Assembly (NCBI GenBank): GCA_949282845.1
Contig: CASDQF010000022.1
Location: 1-58,467 of the forward strand
Source of the DNA: an uncultured Alphaproteobacteria bacterium
Lineage (GTDB): Bacteria > Pseudomonadota > Alphaproteobacteria > CAAHEQ01 > UBA3637
Length of the DNA: 58,467 bases
Direction: 5' to 3'
Positions 18,855 through 27,625 of the stretch are shown here, piece by piece; the stretch's first letter is position 1, and every line of letters starts with the position of its first letter. The notes beneath the pieces are model-generated. The model was not told the DNA's origin, searched no databases, and was given only the letters and a program-made list of their open reading frames with translations. Position numbers and translations under genes: made by a program.

Positions 18855-19640
18855 TTATCTTTTCTCATAGTCAGGATGCTTTTGAATATGTCTTAAAGCC
18901 TCATCATAAGCCAATAATACACTATCTAAATTTTTTCCTTTCGTCGTTCGGGTATTATTATCTCGATTAAAACGATAAAAATACGGCGCATCCGCAATAT
19001 GTGCAATTCTCTCTGCGAAGCTAATAATATCTAATCCGAAAACAGCATCATTTGTATTTCTAACACCTTGAAAGCGAAAGTGGTTTTTCTGAAGAAAATC
19101 TACAGAACATAATTTATTAAAAGGATAAACATGGAAAAAGAAAACATCACCGCCTATTTCTTTCCAAGAAAAAACATCTTTTATGTATTTGTGTATCAAA
19201 TAACTTTCATAAAAACTAGAAGGTCGAAAGCTTACACGATTATCAATAATATAATTTAAATGAGACAAAACAACATCAGCTTTTGTTTCAATAGCTCGAT
19301 TATACAGTTTTTCCAACATATCTTTAGCATATATGTCATCTGGATCTAAGAAAATAACATACGGAGCACCACCGCCTGGCAAACGCAATTGATACTCAAA
19401 CCCATTATTACGAGCCACCCCAGCATATTGATTTTTTTGCCTGATAACATGAATTCGACTATCTTTTTGACGATAGTCCTCTAAAATTTTAGGAGTATTA
19501 TCAGTAGAACCATCATCGACACAAATAATTGCAATTTCTTTTAAAGTCTGATTAAGTAAACAATCTAGGCTTTGTGAAATATATTTTTCTACATTATAAA
19601 TAGGAAGAATAACGCTTACTTTAATCAAGCCTTCAGCCAT
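18855..19640 (-). CDS. Glycosyltransferase family 2
   Basis: VSVILPIYNVEKYI...CVDDGSTDNT...FLDPDD motifs. Confidence 0.85.
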   Translation of the reverse strand: MAEGLIKVSVILPIYNVEKYISQSLDCLLNQTLKEIAIICVDDGSTDNTPKILEDYRQKDSRIHVIRQKNQYAGVARNNGFEYQLRLPGGGAPYVIFLDPDDIYAKDMLEKLYNRAIETKADVVLSHLNYIIDNRVSFRPSSFYESYLIHKYIKDVFSWKEIGGDVFFFHVYPFNKLCSVDFLQKNHFRFQGVRNTNDAVFGLDIISFAERIAHIADAPYFYRFNRDNNTRTTKGKNLDSVLLAYDEALRHIQKHPDYEKR

Positions 19641-19658
19641 ACCTATTCCTTTAATTTT

Positions 19659-20408
19659 TTATTTATTATTTCTGAATTTATCATTTAAAGGCGCAATAAC
19701 CGCTAAGATTTTCCCCAAACTTTCTTGCTCTGTCGCCTTTGAAAAAGCATTGACATCTTTTGGAAAACATTTTCCTCCGTATCCAAATTTGCCATCAGGT
19801 CCAGGAACAAATGTATGCGTTGGATTGATATAACCCGACATTAAAACGCCTTTTTGAACAGTCTTATAATCTGCTCCCATTTTTTGACAATAGTCATATA
19901 CAGCATTAAAATAAGTGACTTTTAATGCACCAAAAACATTGTGAACATATTTTGTAATTTCAGCCTCAATCGAAGACATAACCTGATATTTTTTACCAGG
20001 GAAAACCTCTTTGAGTAAATCAATATGTGCTGTAAAGATCATATCTTGATGTTCAAAATCAGAGACAGAAGTTCGCTCAGTTAAAAACTCTGGCATAAAA
20101 TATACTTCTTTTCCTGTCTCTTTTGCCAACTGAGCAGAGGTCCCCGGCAAAATACTCGTCCGAATAAAAATAGGAGTATGATTCGGCAATCTTCTTAAAA
20201 GACTTTTATAAAGAGATAAATCTTGTGTTCCATCTTTCTCTGTTGGAACATGTAGGTTCATAAAAATAACATCACATGTTGATAAATCATCATTATAACC
20301 TTTAGGTGGATCTGATACAAATACCGTATGCTCTGTATGGTTTTCAAGCCATTCCTTTAAAGCACCTCCGATAACACCACATCCCACAATACCGACATTT
20401 CTTTTCAT
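19659..20408 (-). CDS. UDP-glucose/GDP-mannose dehydrogenase-family protein lacking the C-terminal sugar-nucleotide-binding domain
   Basis: Rossmann motif VGIVGCGVIGGAL, PEFLTERT, and the catalytic-Cys motif GYGGKCFPKDV near residue 213. The ORF ends about 35 aa later. Confidence 0.65.
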   Translation of the reverse strand: MKRNVGIVGCGVIGGALKEWLENHTEHTVFVSDPPKGYNDDLSTCDVIFMNLHVPTEKDGTQDLSLYKSLLRRLPNHTPIFIRTSILPGTSAQLAKETGKEVYFMPEFLTERTSVSDFEHQDMIFTAHIDLLKEVFPGKKYQVMSSIEAEITKYVHNVFGALKVTYFNAVYDYCQKMGADYKTVQKGVLMSGYINPTHTFVPGPDGKFGYGGKCFPKDVNAFSKATEQESLGKILAVIAPLNDKFRNNK

Positions 20409-20436
20409 TTTTTACCTTTTTCTTTTAATGTGCGGT

Positions 20437-20465
20437 ATTTTAAAAAGATTGCTCTTGGATGTCAA
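20437..20465 (-). promoter_or_regulatory. Putative sigma70 promoter for the minus-strand glycan genes
   Basis: The reverse strand reads TTGACA (20465-20460), a 17-nt spacer, then TAAAAT (20442-20437). This is about 30 nt upstream of the ATG at 20408. Confidence 0.55.
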
Positions 20466-20488
20466 CGACTTTTATTTTTACTAAAAAA

Positions 20489-20517
20489 GAAGGGCTTCAG
20501 TTAAGAAGCCCTTTTCT
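20489..20517. terminator. Rho-independent terminator hairpin (bidirectional appearance)
   Basis: GGGCTTC (20492-20498), loop agttaa, GAAGCCC (20505-20511). It is flanked by an A-run on one side and a T-run on the other, directly after the stop of the 95-aa phage-like gene. Confidence 0.65.
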
Positions 20518-20805
20518 TCAACTTTTAGGATATTGTGTTTTAATCTCTGAAATTGTATCTTTCCATATCGTCGTCCCGTTTACTGCATCCCAATATAACA
20601 TATCTAACTGATCAGAAATAGGAGGATACGCCGCCTGCCGAAGCTCAATATAAGTTGGCTCTGGTTTTACAGGTTCTTCTCCTTCAAAATAAAGTTTTCC
20701 ATCAAAACCTGTCACAATATTTTTTTCTGTTTCTATACAGTTTTCTGAAAAACGAAAATCTGCAGACATTTTTATTTGTCCTTTTTCATCAATAATATAA
20801 TACAT
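20518..20805 (-). CDS. Small phage-like protein downstream of the tail fibre (possible fibre assembly/chaperone protein)
   Basis: Trimmed to the ATG at 20805, which has RBS AAGGAG 7 nt upstream. That start sits 1 nt after the fibre stop. The C-terminal pattern AAYPPISDQLDMLYWD...W...I..IK..YPK recalls small proteins encoded next to phage tail fibres. Confidence 0.5.
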   Translation of the reverse strand: MYYIIDEKGQIKMSADFRFSENCIETEKNIVTGFDGKLYFEGEEPVKPEPTYIELRQAAYPPISDQLDMLYWDAVNGTTIWKDTISEIKTQYPKS

Positions 20806-20806
20806 C

Positions 20807-22006
20807 TTAAACTCCTTTCGCATAAATAAACTTCAACGTCACTGTACCTGCTGTTGTATATAAATAGCGTATATTTTGATTAGCTGAGACCGGCAAGAAA
20901 ATTGCGAGATTTTTAGATGGTGCTGTTGCAGAGCTTAAAACAGCCATGCCATTTGCTGAATTACTCAAATAAACTTCCTGAGAAGCTGCAGTTGATAAAC
21001 CTATCAAGCAATAAAATCCATTTGCAGGAGAATTTAAAACATGTTGTTCTCCGGCACTTTCTACAGAAATATTAATCACTTGCCCTGAAGGACTCCCCAT
21101 TCCTTCATTAGAAATCTGAAGCCAATCTTCCCAAGCACCGTTTATAAAACGACGACGATAAGTCGCCGGATAACCTCCGATACTTGAGCCAAACGCATAA
21201 GCTGTTTGAACAATATTACCTTGTGAAGGAACATATACCTCAACATGATAATATCCTGTATCTAACGGATAATGCGCTGAAGCGGTTACCTCATAAATTC
21301 CGGTTGTTGTCAAAGTATCTAAATCACAACTGGTTGTCTTCATATAAAAAGGATATAAATTAGATACATTTTGTACAACTTCAGTTGCTTTTTGCGTCGC
21401 TATCGCTGCTTGTGTCGTAGCTGTCGTTGCAGCTTCTTGAGCATTTTCTTTCATTTGACTGACCTCTTCAGCCAAATCAGAAACTGTTGATACTGCCTGG
21501 CTCAGAGAAGCATCTAAATTCCCGATTTCAACTTGACTATTCATCAACGAATTACCTTGTGCATTCCAGACAAGAGCTTTATTAGCTTCAGGTGCCGGTA
21601 AGCTAAAATCAATACCCTCTTTATTTTCAAAAACAGGTAATAATAAAGAACGACTTAATCCGGAAGATAATTGTTGCAAACATCCCATTTGATAATCAAA
21701 CTCATAGTTTAAATCAGCAGCTCGTAAAACACCTCCGGAAGCAAAATCTGTTGTTCGTTCTAAATCAAGTTCTCGTGTCAAAGTAATAAGTTCACCAGAT
21801 GTCGGTGCTTCGTTAAAAATAACTGTTCCACCTAAACTTTCTTCCTCCTTCTGAACCGTATAACCTGTTTGTTGTAAATCACTTCCTAAATAAACTTTCA
21901 AATTACTTTCATCAAATATTTGAAAGGAAAAACTAAAATTTGTTTGAACACCATCTCCAACATATTGTATTTGAGGTGTTGTTACTTGAGTTCCTTCTTG
22001 GGTCAT
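20807..22006 (-). CDS. Phage tail fibre protein (T7-gp17-like N-terminal adaptor, coiled-coil shaft, knob-like C-terminus)
   Basis: The N-terminus YVGDGVQTNFSFSFQIF...LTRELDLERTTDFASGGVLRAADLN parallels T7 gp17 (YQLDGSNRDFNIPFEYL...LRRVTSTTDRLVDFTDGSILRAYDLN). An Ala/Thr/Gln-rich coiled segment follows, then CDLDTLTTTGIYEV, a knob-like motif. Strong RBS AAAGGAGGAG. Confidence 0.8.
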   Translation of the reverse strand: MTQEGTQVTTPQIQYVGDGVQTNFSFSFQIFDESNLKVYLGSDLQQTGYTVQKEEESLGGTVIFNEAPTSGELITLTRELDLERTTDFASGGVLRAADLNYEFDYQMGCLQQLSSGLSRSLLLPVFENKEGIDFSLPAPEANKALVWNAQGNSLMNSQVEIGNLDASLSQAVSTVSDLAEEVSQMKENAQEAATTATTQAAIATQKATEVVQNVSNLYPFYMKTTSCDLDTLTTTGIYEVTASAHYPLDTGYYHVEVYVPSQGNIVQTAYAFGSSIGGYPATYRRRFINGAWEDWLQISNEGMGSPSGQVINISVESAGEQHVLNSPANGFYCLIGLSTAASQEVYLSNSANGMAVLSSATAPSKNLAIFLPVSANQNIRYLYTTAGTVTLKFIYAKGV

Positions 22007-22022
22007 CTCTCCTCCTTTTCAT

Positions 22023-22053
22023 AAAAAAAGACCCGTGTCACAAGACACAGGTC
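22023..22053 (-). terminator. Terminator-like hairpin immediately 5' of the tail-fibre RBS
   Basis: The reverse strand reads GACCTGTGTC-ttgt-GACACGGGTC (one mismatch) followed by TTTTTTT, then AAAGGAGGAG and the ATG. There is no minus-strand gene directly upstream for it to terminate. Confidence 0.4.
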
Positions 22054-22176
22054 TACCCTAGAAACAAAATGGGTATAGCATGCTTCAGAAAAAAAGTCAA
22101 GGATTATTTTCCTATTTTTGTTTTAATAGTAGCATTTTCTAACAAATATCCTATTTCTTTTATAAGGGAGGGAAAA

Positions 22177-22656
22177 ATGATTTTATCAACACTTATTATT
22201 GCTGCGGGTTGTTTTTGGAAAGTTCAAGCTGAATTCGATAAAATCCCTGGAGTGATCTCAACACAAGTCGGTTATACTGGAGGAAACTTAGCACATCCAA
22301 CATATGAACAAGTTTGTTCAGGCTTAACAGGTCATGCTGAAGCTGTAGAAATTATTTATGATACAAGACAAATTTCATTTAATGAGTTGCTTGACATTTT
22401 TTTTAAAATTCACGATCCAACTTCTCTTAACCGTCAAGGAGCCGACTATGGCACTCAATATCGTTCGACAATCTTTTATCGTACGGAAGAAGAAAAACAA
22501 ATTGCTTTAAAAAAGATTCAAGAACTCTCTAAAGAAGATTCTTTTAAGCGTCCTATTGTAACAAGTGTAGAAAAATTAGATCTTTTTTACCCAGCAGAAG
22601 AATATCATCAAAAATACTTGGAAAAAGCAAGTGGTTGTCATTGTCATGCTAAATAG
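22177..22656 (+). CDS. msrA: Peptide methionine (S)-S-oxide reductase
   Basis: Trimmed to the ATG at 22177 (RBS GGGAGGGA). AGCFWKVQAEF...GYTGG...HAEAVEI...DPTSLNRQGADYGTQYRS is canonical MsrA. Confidence 0.93.
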   Translation: MILSTLIIAAGCFWKVQAEFDKIPGVISTQVGYTGGNLAHPTYEQVCSGLTGHAEAVEIIYDTRQISFNELLDIFFKIHDPTSLNRQGADYGTQYRSTIFYRTEEEKQIALKKIQELSKEDSFKRPIVTSVEKLDLFYPAEEYHQKYLEKASGCHCHAK

Positions 22657-22682
22657 AAACTTGGATTAGAAAGGCGTAAATT

Positions 22683-23048
22683 ATGAGAGAAAAGAAACTA
22701 ACTGTAGAACAATATTATGTTTTAAGAGAAAAAGGAACTGATCGACCATTTACGGGAAAATATGTCAACTTTAATGAAAATGGATTTTATTATTGTGCCG
22801 GCTGTGGTCATTTATTATTTAGTTCAACGGCTAAATTCAAATCATCCTGTGGATGGCCAAGCTTTGATGAAGCCCTTCCTGACAGTGTTGAATTTCATGA
22901 AGACACAACTTTGGGTATGCGAAGAATAGAGGTAACCTGTGCAAAATGTAAAGGACACCTCGGACATCTTTTCCCAGATGGTCCCACTGCGACAGGAAAT
23001 CGCTATTGCATCAATTCAAGTGCATTAGAATTTAAGAAAAAAGATTAA
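22683..23048 (+). CDS. msrB: Peptide methionine (R)-S-oxide reductase
   Basis: Two CxxC pairs (CAGCGH, CAKCKGHLGHLF) and RYCINS are canonical MsrB. Confidence 0.93.
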   Translation: MREKKLTVEQYYVLREKGTDRPFTGKYVNFNENGFYYCAGCGHLLFSSTAKFKSSCGWPSFDEALPDSVEFHEDTTLGMRRIEVTCAKCKGHLGHLFPDGPTATGNRYCINSSALEFKKKD

Positions 23049-23698
23049 TCTCTTGCTAATTCTATTATCTGACCTGCGATGTAGACAACGCCTCCATGCC
23101 ACTTTGAACGAAGAATACGACGTTGTTGAGCTTGAGGGTCCCATCGACGATAGAACATTTCCATCAAATTTTTTCCAATAGAAGTTTTCATTTTAGAGTT
23201 TGCATAAGCATAAAATTCCGGGACGAGCTCTTGAGAAGCTAAGTTATTTTTATCATAGTATTCTGCTTGTAAAACACACTGATAACGATCCATATCATTC
23301 ACAAAATGAGACTCTGGCGTTTTTTGTTCTAGGAACTCCTCGAACAAAGGCATTAAATAAGCACATCCCGTTTCGTGAATAATACGTTCCATAGCTTGTC
23401 TTTCTGCAGCTTCTTTTTCAGCTTTTGGGACACAATCTTGCGGCGTTACATCACCCGCGTAAATTTCTGGCAAATCATGAATAAGAGCTAACTCATATAC
23501 TCGCCTTGCATTAAGGTTGTGTGGACAATACATCATGGCCTGTGTGGCAACACCTAATGAATGTTCTGCCACATTCTCCGGATTTTGAACCCCTCTTAAA
23601 ACCCAACCACGACGAGGTATTTCAGCTAATTTATTTAATAATTCCTGCATAATTTCGGCATTCTGAACTTTTTCTATCATCGCTTTTTTTTGTGTCAT
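23045..23698 (-). CDS. HD-domain phosphohydrolase, YfbR/HDDC2-like (5'-deoxynucleotidase family)
   Basis: Trimmed to MTQKKAMIEK. The motifs RRGW, ENVAEHSLGVA, LIHDLPEIYAGD and DMDRYQ match the YfbR family pattern. Confidence 0.7.
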   Translation of the reverse strand: MTQKKAMIEKVQNAEIMQELLNKLAEIPRRGWVLRGVQNPENVAEHSLGVATQAMMYCPHNLNARRVYELALIHDLPEIYAGDVTPQDCVPKAEKEAAERQAMERIIHETGCAYLMPLFEEFLEQKTPESHFVNDMDRYQCVLQAEYYDKNNLASQELVPEFYAYANSKMKTSIGKNLMEMFYRRWDPQAQQRRILRSKWHGGVVYIAGQIIELARD

Positions 23699-23839
23699 TT
23701 GAATCTCCATATATAAAAAGCATTTTAACAAAAAAATAAACAAAAATCAATAAATCGTAGTATTTTTGATTAAATTTCTTGTCAAATAAAGCATTATCAG
23801 ATACGCTAAAAAGACTTTTGCAAAAAGGAATTTAAAGTC

Positions 23840-24736
23840 ATGACAGCGTGGAAAAAAATAGGTATAACAGCAAGCTTTTTTTTAATTACTCTTCCTCTTT
23901 CCGCTCAGGAAAACTCTTTTCTTGATATAAAGCCTGTCGAAAAATTAGATACCCCTTCGACTTTAAAAGCTAATTTTCGCCGAATTGCCTTGGAGTTTTC
24001 TAATACCAGTGTTAGTCATGCAGAGGAATATCAAGATTCTCCCATTAGCGAATTCAACGCTGACAGTGAAATGCAAATCAATGGTGTTTTTGATTTTGTT
24101 CTAGAATATCAACAAAATCATTTTACTTGGAATAATGGCCTATATATGGAGTATGGGAAAACAAAAATTAAAAAAGCTAATGGAGAAAAAACATCTAATG
24201 AAGATGCGGATGAAATTTTAGTAACGACAGATTTAGCTCAAAAGCTTTGGAAAGTCCAAACAGCGGATTTAGGTCCATTTGCCAGCATTGGTTTTCAAAC
24301 TGAGTTTACTGCAAATCAAGATGCACCTCGTAATAAAGTCGCTCGTTTAAAGGGCGGTTTAAAACTCTTTAATGGTCAATATCTGGAAGAGCTATATATT
24401 GCCATGGTTGGTGAGTCTGATTTTACGTATAGCCCAACGAATTACAAATCTGCTGCAGAAATTGGTTTTAGAGCGAATTATCCTATTCGAGAAGGCGTTA
24501 AATTCGCTGCAGAAGGTTATTTTAGGCCATATTTTAGCTTTAGCCAATATGAAGCGACAGATTTAAAATATGATTTAAATGTTAAAGCCAGAATGGATGT
24601 CAGCATAACTCAAACATTAGCACTAGCTCCCTATGTTTCATATCGGCTCGGAAAAGCGCGCGGAGCATCTGTAACCGGTAGCAATTTTATGATAGGTCTT
24701 TCATTTCAATATGCTGATTTATTTCATATCTTTTAA
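23840..24736 (+). CDS. Outer-membrane beta-barrel protein (unassigned family)
   Basis: Signal peptide ending LSAQ, alternating amphipathic strands, and a C-terminal aromatic residue (...LFHIF). Confidence 0.55.
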   Translation: MTAWKKIGITASFFLITLPLSAQENSFLDIKPVEKLDTPSTLKANFRRIALEFSNTSVSHAEEYQDSPISEFNADSEMQINGVFDFVLEYQQNHFTWNNGLYMEYGKTKIKKANGEKTSNEDADEILVTTDLAQKLWKVQTADLGPFASIGFQTEFTANQDAPRNKVARLKGGLKLFNGQYLEELYIAMVGESDFTYSPTNYKSAAEIGFRANYPIREGVKFAAEGYFRPYFSFSQYEATDLKYDLNVKARMDVSITQTLALAPYVSYRLGKARGASVTGSNFMIGLSFQYADLFHIF

Positions 24737-24747
24737 GGAGGAATAAA

Positions 24748-25281
24748 ATGAATGAATTTTTTACGCTTAAAAACGGTGAAAAACTAATTATTAGAGAAAC
24801 TCAAGCAAAAGACTATGAGGCTGTTATGCTCTTTTTAGATCGTTTATCAAAAGAAACCGTTTTTACTAATCAATATCCTGGACAACCTTATCGGGATAAA
24901 GAAAATTCTATTAGAATCTATGAATTACCGACAAATTTATTTCTCAGTGCTTTCGCAGAAAATGGTGAAATTGTTGGTCAAATATCCATTATGATCAACA
25001 AACCCGGACATCCATGGGTGGGCAGGAATGCCTCTTTAGGGATTACGATACTTAAAGCCTATTATGGCCAAGGGCTTGGAACTTATTTAATGCAAAAGAT
25101 AGAAGAATGGGCTCGTAAACAAAACTTGCATCGTATTGAAGGACTGGTCCGCTCCACAAACAAACGTGGCATCAATCTTTACTTAAAGCAAGGTTTTGAA
25201 ATTGATGGCCTTTTTCACGAAGTCGCTTTTATAAATGGCGAATGGCACGACGAATATCATATTAGTAAAATATTAAGATGA
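24748..25281 (+). CDS. GNAT family N-acetyltransferase
   Basis: Acetyl-CoA motif A region (KAYYGQGLGTYLMQKIEEWARK). It lies 12 nt after the OMP gene. Confidence 0.8.
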   Translation: MNEFFTLKNGEKLIIRETQAKDYEAVMLFLDRLSKETVFTNQYPGQPYRDKENSIRIYELPTNLFLSAFAENGEIVGQISIMINKPGHPWVGRNASLGITILKAYYGQGLGTYLMQKIEEWARKQNLHRIEGLVRSTNKRGINLYLKQGFEIDGLFHEVAFINGEWHDEYHISKILR

Positions 25282-25790
25282 AAAAACTGATTTTTATTAA
25301 TGGCACAATGGGTGTCGGAAAGACAACAACAGCCAAGTTACTCAAACAAAAAATAACCCCTTCTGTTTATCTGGACGGAGATTGGTGTTGGGATATGTCT
25401 CCTTTTCAAGTGACAGAAAAAAATAAAACTATGGTTATGGAAAACATTTGTTTTTTATTGCGCTCTTTTTTAAAAAATGATTCTTTTGAATATGTCATAT
25501 TTTCTTGGGTTATTCCGAATGAAATTATCTTTAAAACAATCATCAGTTCTCTAAAAGATTTATCTTTTCAAGAATATCGTTTTACCCTCACCTGCTCTGA
25601 TAAAGCTCTTTGTTCAAGACTTGAAAAAGAAATTCAAGCTGGGCATCGTACCAAAGATATTATAGAACGCAGCTTAGCCTATCAGAAATTATATCAAGAT
25701 ATGAAAACAGAGCACATTGATGTTTCAAATATCTCAGCGAAAGAAGCGGCAGAAAAGATTATGTGCCAAATTCAAAATAAAAATTTTTAA
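25278..25790 (+). CDS. Small P-loop NTPase/kinase-like protein
   Basis: Walker A INGTMGVGKTTTAK. The ~170-aa size fits nucleotide or small-molecule kinases. ATGA overlap with the GNAT stop. Confidence 0.5.
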   Translation: MKKLIFINGTMGVGKTTTAKLLKQKITPSVYLDGDWCWDMSPFQVTEKNKTMVMENICFLLRSFLKNDSFEYVIFSWVIPNEIIFKTIISSLKDLSFQEYRFTLTCSDKALCSRLEKEIQAGHRTKDIIERSLAYQKLYQDMKTEHIDVSNISAKEAAEKIMCQIQNKNF

Positions 25791-25802
25791 AAGGAGAAAA
25801 AG

Positions 25803-27617
25803 ATGCACATCATTGGTCTAACAGGTTCAATTGCTTCAGGAAAATCAACTGCCAGTACTTATCTAAAAGAAAAAGGATGCCCAATTATCGATTGCGATGC
25901 TCTTGTCCATGAATTGCAAGCAAATCATCCTTTGTTAAAAACAGAGCTGATTGAAGCTTTCCCACAAGCTTTTACAAATAACCAATTAGACAGACAAAAG
26001 CTATCACATCTCGTTTTCAGCCATCCGACAGCTTTAAAAAAAATAGAAGACATGACAATGCCTTATGTGATGCATGAGATACAAGCAGCTTTAGACTCTT
26101 TCCGTAAAAAAAATATACCTCTTGTTGTTATTGATGCGCCTTTACTTTTTGAAACAGAATTAGATCGTTTATGCAACAGCACTGTTTGTCTGTATATCGA
26201 TTCAAAAGAACAAAAAAGACGCGCATTAGCTCGACCTGGAATGACAGAAGAAAAATATGAAACTCTTCTTCAGAAACAAATGTCAGTGGAAGAAAAAAAG
26301 AAAAAAGCAACTTATCTCATTTTATCAGACACACTTGAAGGACTACATAATCAACTGGATGCCATTCTGACTTCTATTCAAAGCAATTATCATAAACCTT
26401 TAATTGGATTTTACGCAGGTTCTTTTGATCCTATGACAAAAGGGCATTGGAATCTAATTTGTGCAGCAATCCATCATTGTGATAAAGTTTATGTCGGTAT
26501 CGGCGTTAATCCTGATAAAAAAACACTTTTTTCTCCTCCCGAAAGAGTCAAGCTAATTCATCAAACCGTCAATGACTTTAAAAAAGCTTATGAAATGAGA
26601 GAACTTAATAATATTATCTTCTCCGAAACAGAAAAATTGGCTTATCTTAAATTAAAACAAAAACCTGAAGTATTAGAAATCGTAGCTTATGAAGGAATGA
26701 CTATTGATGCCGCTTTAAAAGTAGGAGCCAACACACTCCTACGCGGTGAGCGCAATACCAATGACCATGAATATGAAGCAAGGTTAACAACAATTAATCA
26801 AAAGCTGCTGAGTGTTCGAAATAAAGAACTTGGTGCGTTTACTTTAACGCCGGATAATCAACAAATTTTAGCTCATATCTCTTCCAGCGACACGAAAATG
26901 CTTTGTGAAAGTGGAGAATATATTGTTGCAGAAGAATATGTCTTCCCAACAGTTCATGAAGCTTTAATGGAAAAATACCTTCAAAAAGAATTTTTTAATT
27001 TATGTTCTTTTTTTAAAATTCCATCTTCGACTGCTTCAGACAGCTTTCAAGAACTCGTTTTAGCCTATCAAGAAAACAGGTCTTACCATACTTTATCACA
27101 TGTTGCTCGTCAGTTTAACTTCCTTCAAATCTTTGAAAGCTTATCTAGTTCATTAAAAGCAAAAGAACGCGCTTTGCTAAAAACAGCCATTTTTTACCAT
27201 GATTACGACTTAAATAATAAAGATATTTCAGCCAAAAAAGCCGTTGATTTCTTAAAAAAGGGAGAATATGGAAAAGATAGTCTAAAACTTTTATCAGATT
27301 TAATTTATTCGACAAACTTTCAAGAAAAAAATGAACTAACAACGTTATTACAAAAAATTATTTTCGATATAAATCTGAGTATATTAGGAACACATAGCGG
27401 CTATTTCTTATATGTTCAAAAAATTCGGGAAGAATTTAAAAATGTGCCCATTAAAATTTTTTCAAAAAAAAGATTAGAAGTCTTAAAAAAACTTCAAAAC
27501 ATGTCTCCTCTTTATAAAACACCTTTTTTCAAAAATATGTTTGAAGAAACAGCAAACGAAAACATAAAAAAAGAAATAAACTTATGGCATTCTTTTTTAC
27601 ATAAGGAAAAAAACTAA
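25803..27617 (+). CDS. Triple fusion: dephospho-CoA kinase (CoaE) + phosphopantetheine adenylyltransferase-like (CoaD) + HD-type phosphohydrolase domain (COG4339-like)
   Basis: aa 1-195: IIGLTGSIASGKST...IDAPLLFE (CoaE). aa ~200-385: YAGSFDPMTKGHWNLI...LLRGERNTNDHEYEARL...ISSSDTK (CoaD with an insertion). aa ~420-604: RSYHTLSHV...AIFYHDYD (HD). Confidence 0.75.
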   Translation: MHIIGLTGSIASGKSTASTYLKEKGCPIIDCDALVHELQANHPLLKTELIEAFPQAFTNNQLDRQKLSHLVFSHPTALKKIEDMTMPYVMHEIQAALDSFRKKNIPLVVIDAPLLFETELDRLCNSTVCLYIDSKEQKRRALARPGMTEEKYETLLQKQMSVEEKKKKATYLILSDTLEGLHNQLDAILTSIQSNYHKPLIGFYAGSFDPMTKGHWNLICAAIHHCDKVYVGIGVNPDKKTLFSPPERVKLIHQTVNDFKKAYEMRELNNIIFSETEKLAYLKLKQKPEVLEIVAYEGMTIDAALKVGANTLLRGERNTNDHEYEARLTTINQKLLSVRNKELGAFTLTPDNQQILAHISSSDTKMLCESGEYIVAEEYVFPTVHEALMEKYLQKEFFNLCSFFKIPSSTASDSFQELVLAYQENRSYHTLSHVARQFNFLQIFESLSSSLKAKERALLKTAIFYHDYDLNNKDISAKKAVDFLKKGEYGKDSLKLLSDLIYSTNFQEKNELTTLLQKIIFDINLSILGTHSGYFLYVQKIREEFKNVPIKIFSKKRLEVLKKLQNMSPLYKTPFFKNMFEETANENIKKEINLWHSFLHKEKN

Positions 27618-27625
27618 AAAGATAT

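Noticed and set aside
21940-22176. Long N-terminal extension of msrA in the track (start 21940)
   Set aside because: The extension overlaps the tail-fibre start and the intergenic hairpin. MsrA homology begins at MILSTLIIAAGCFW, which has its own GGGAGGGA RBS.
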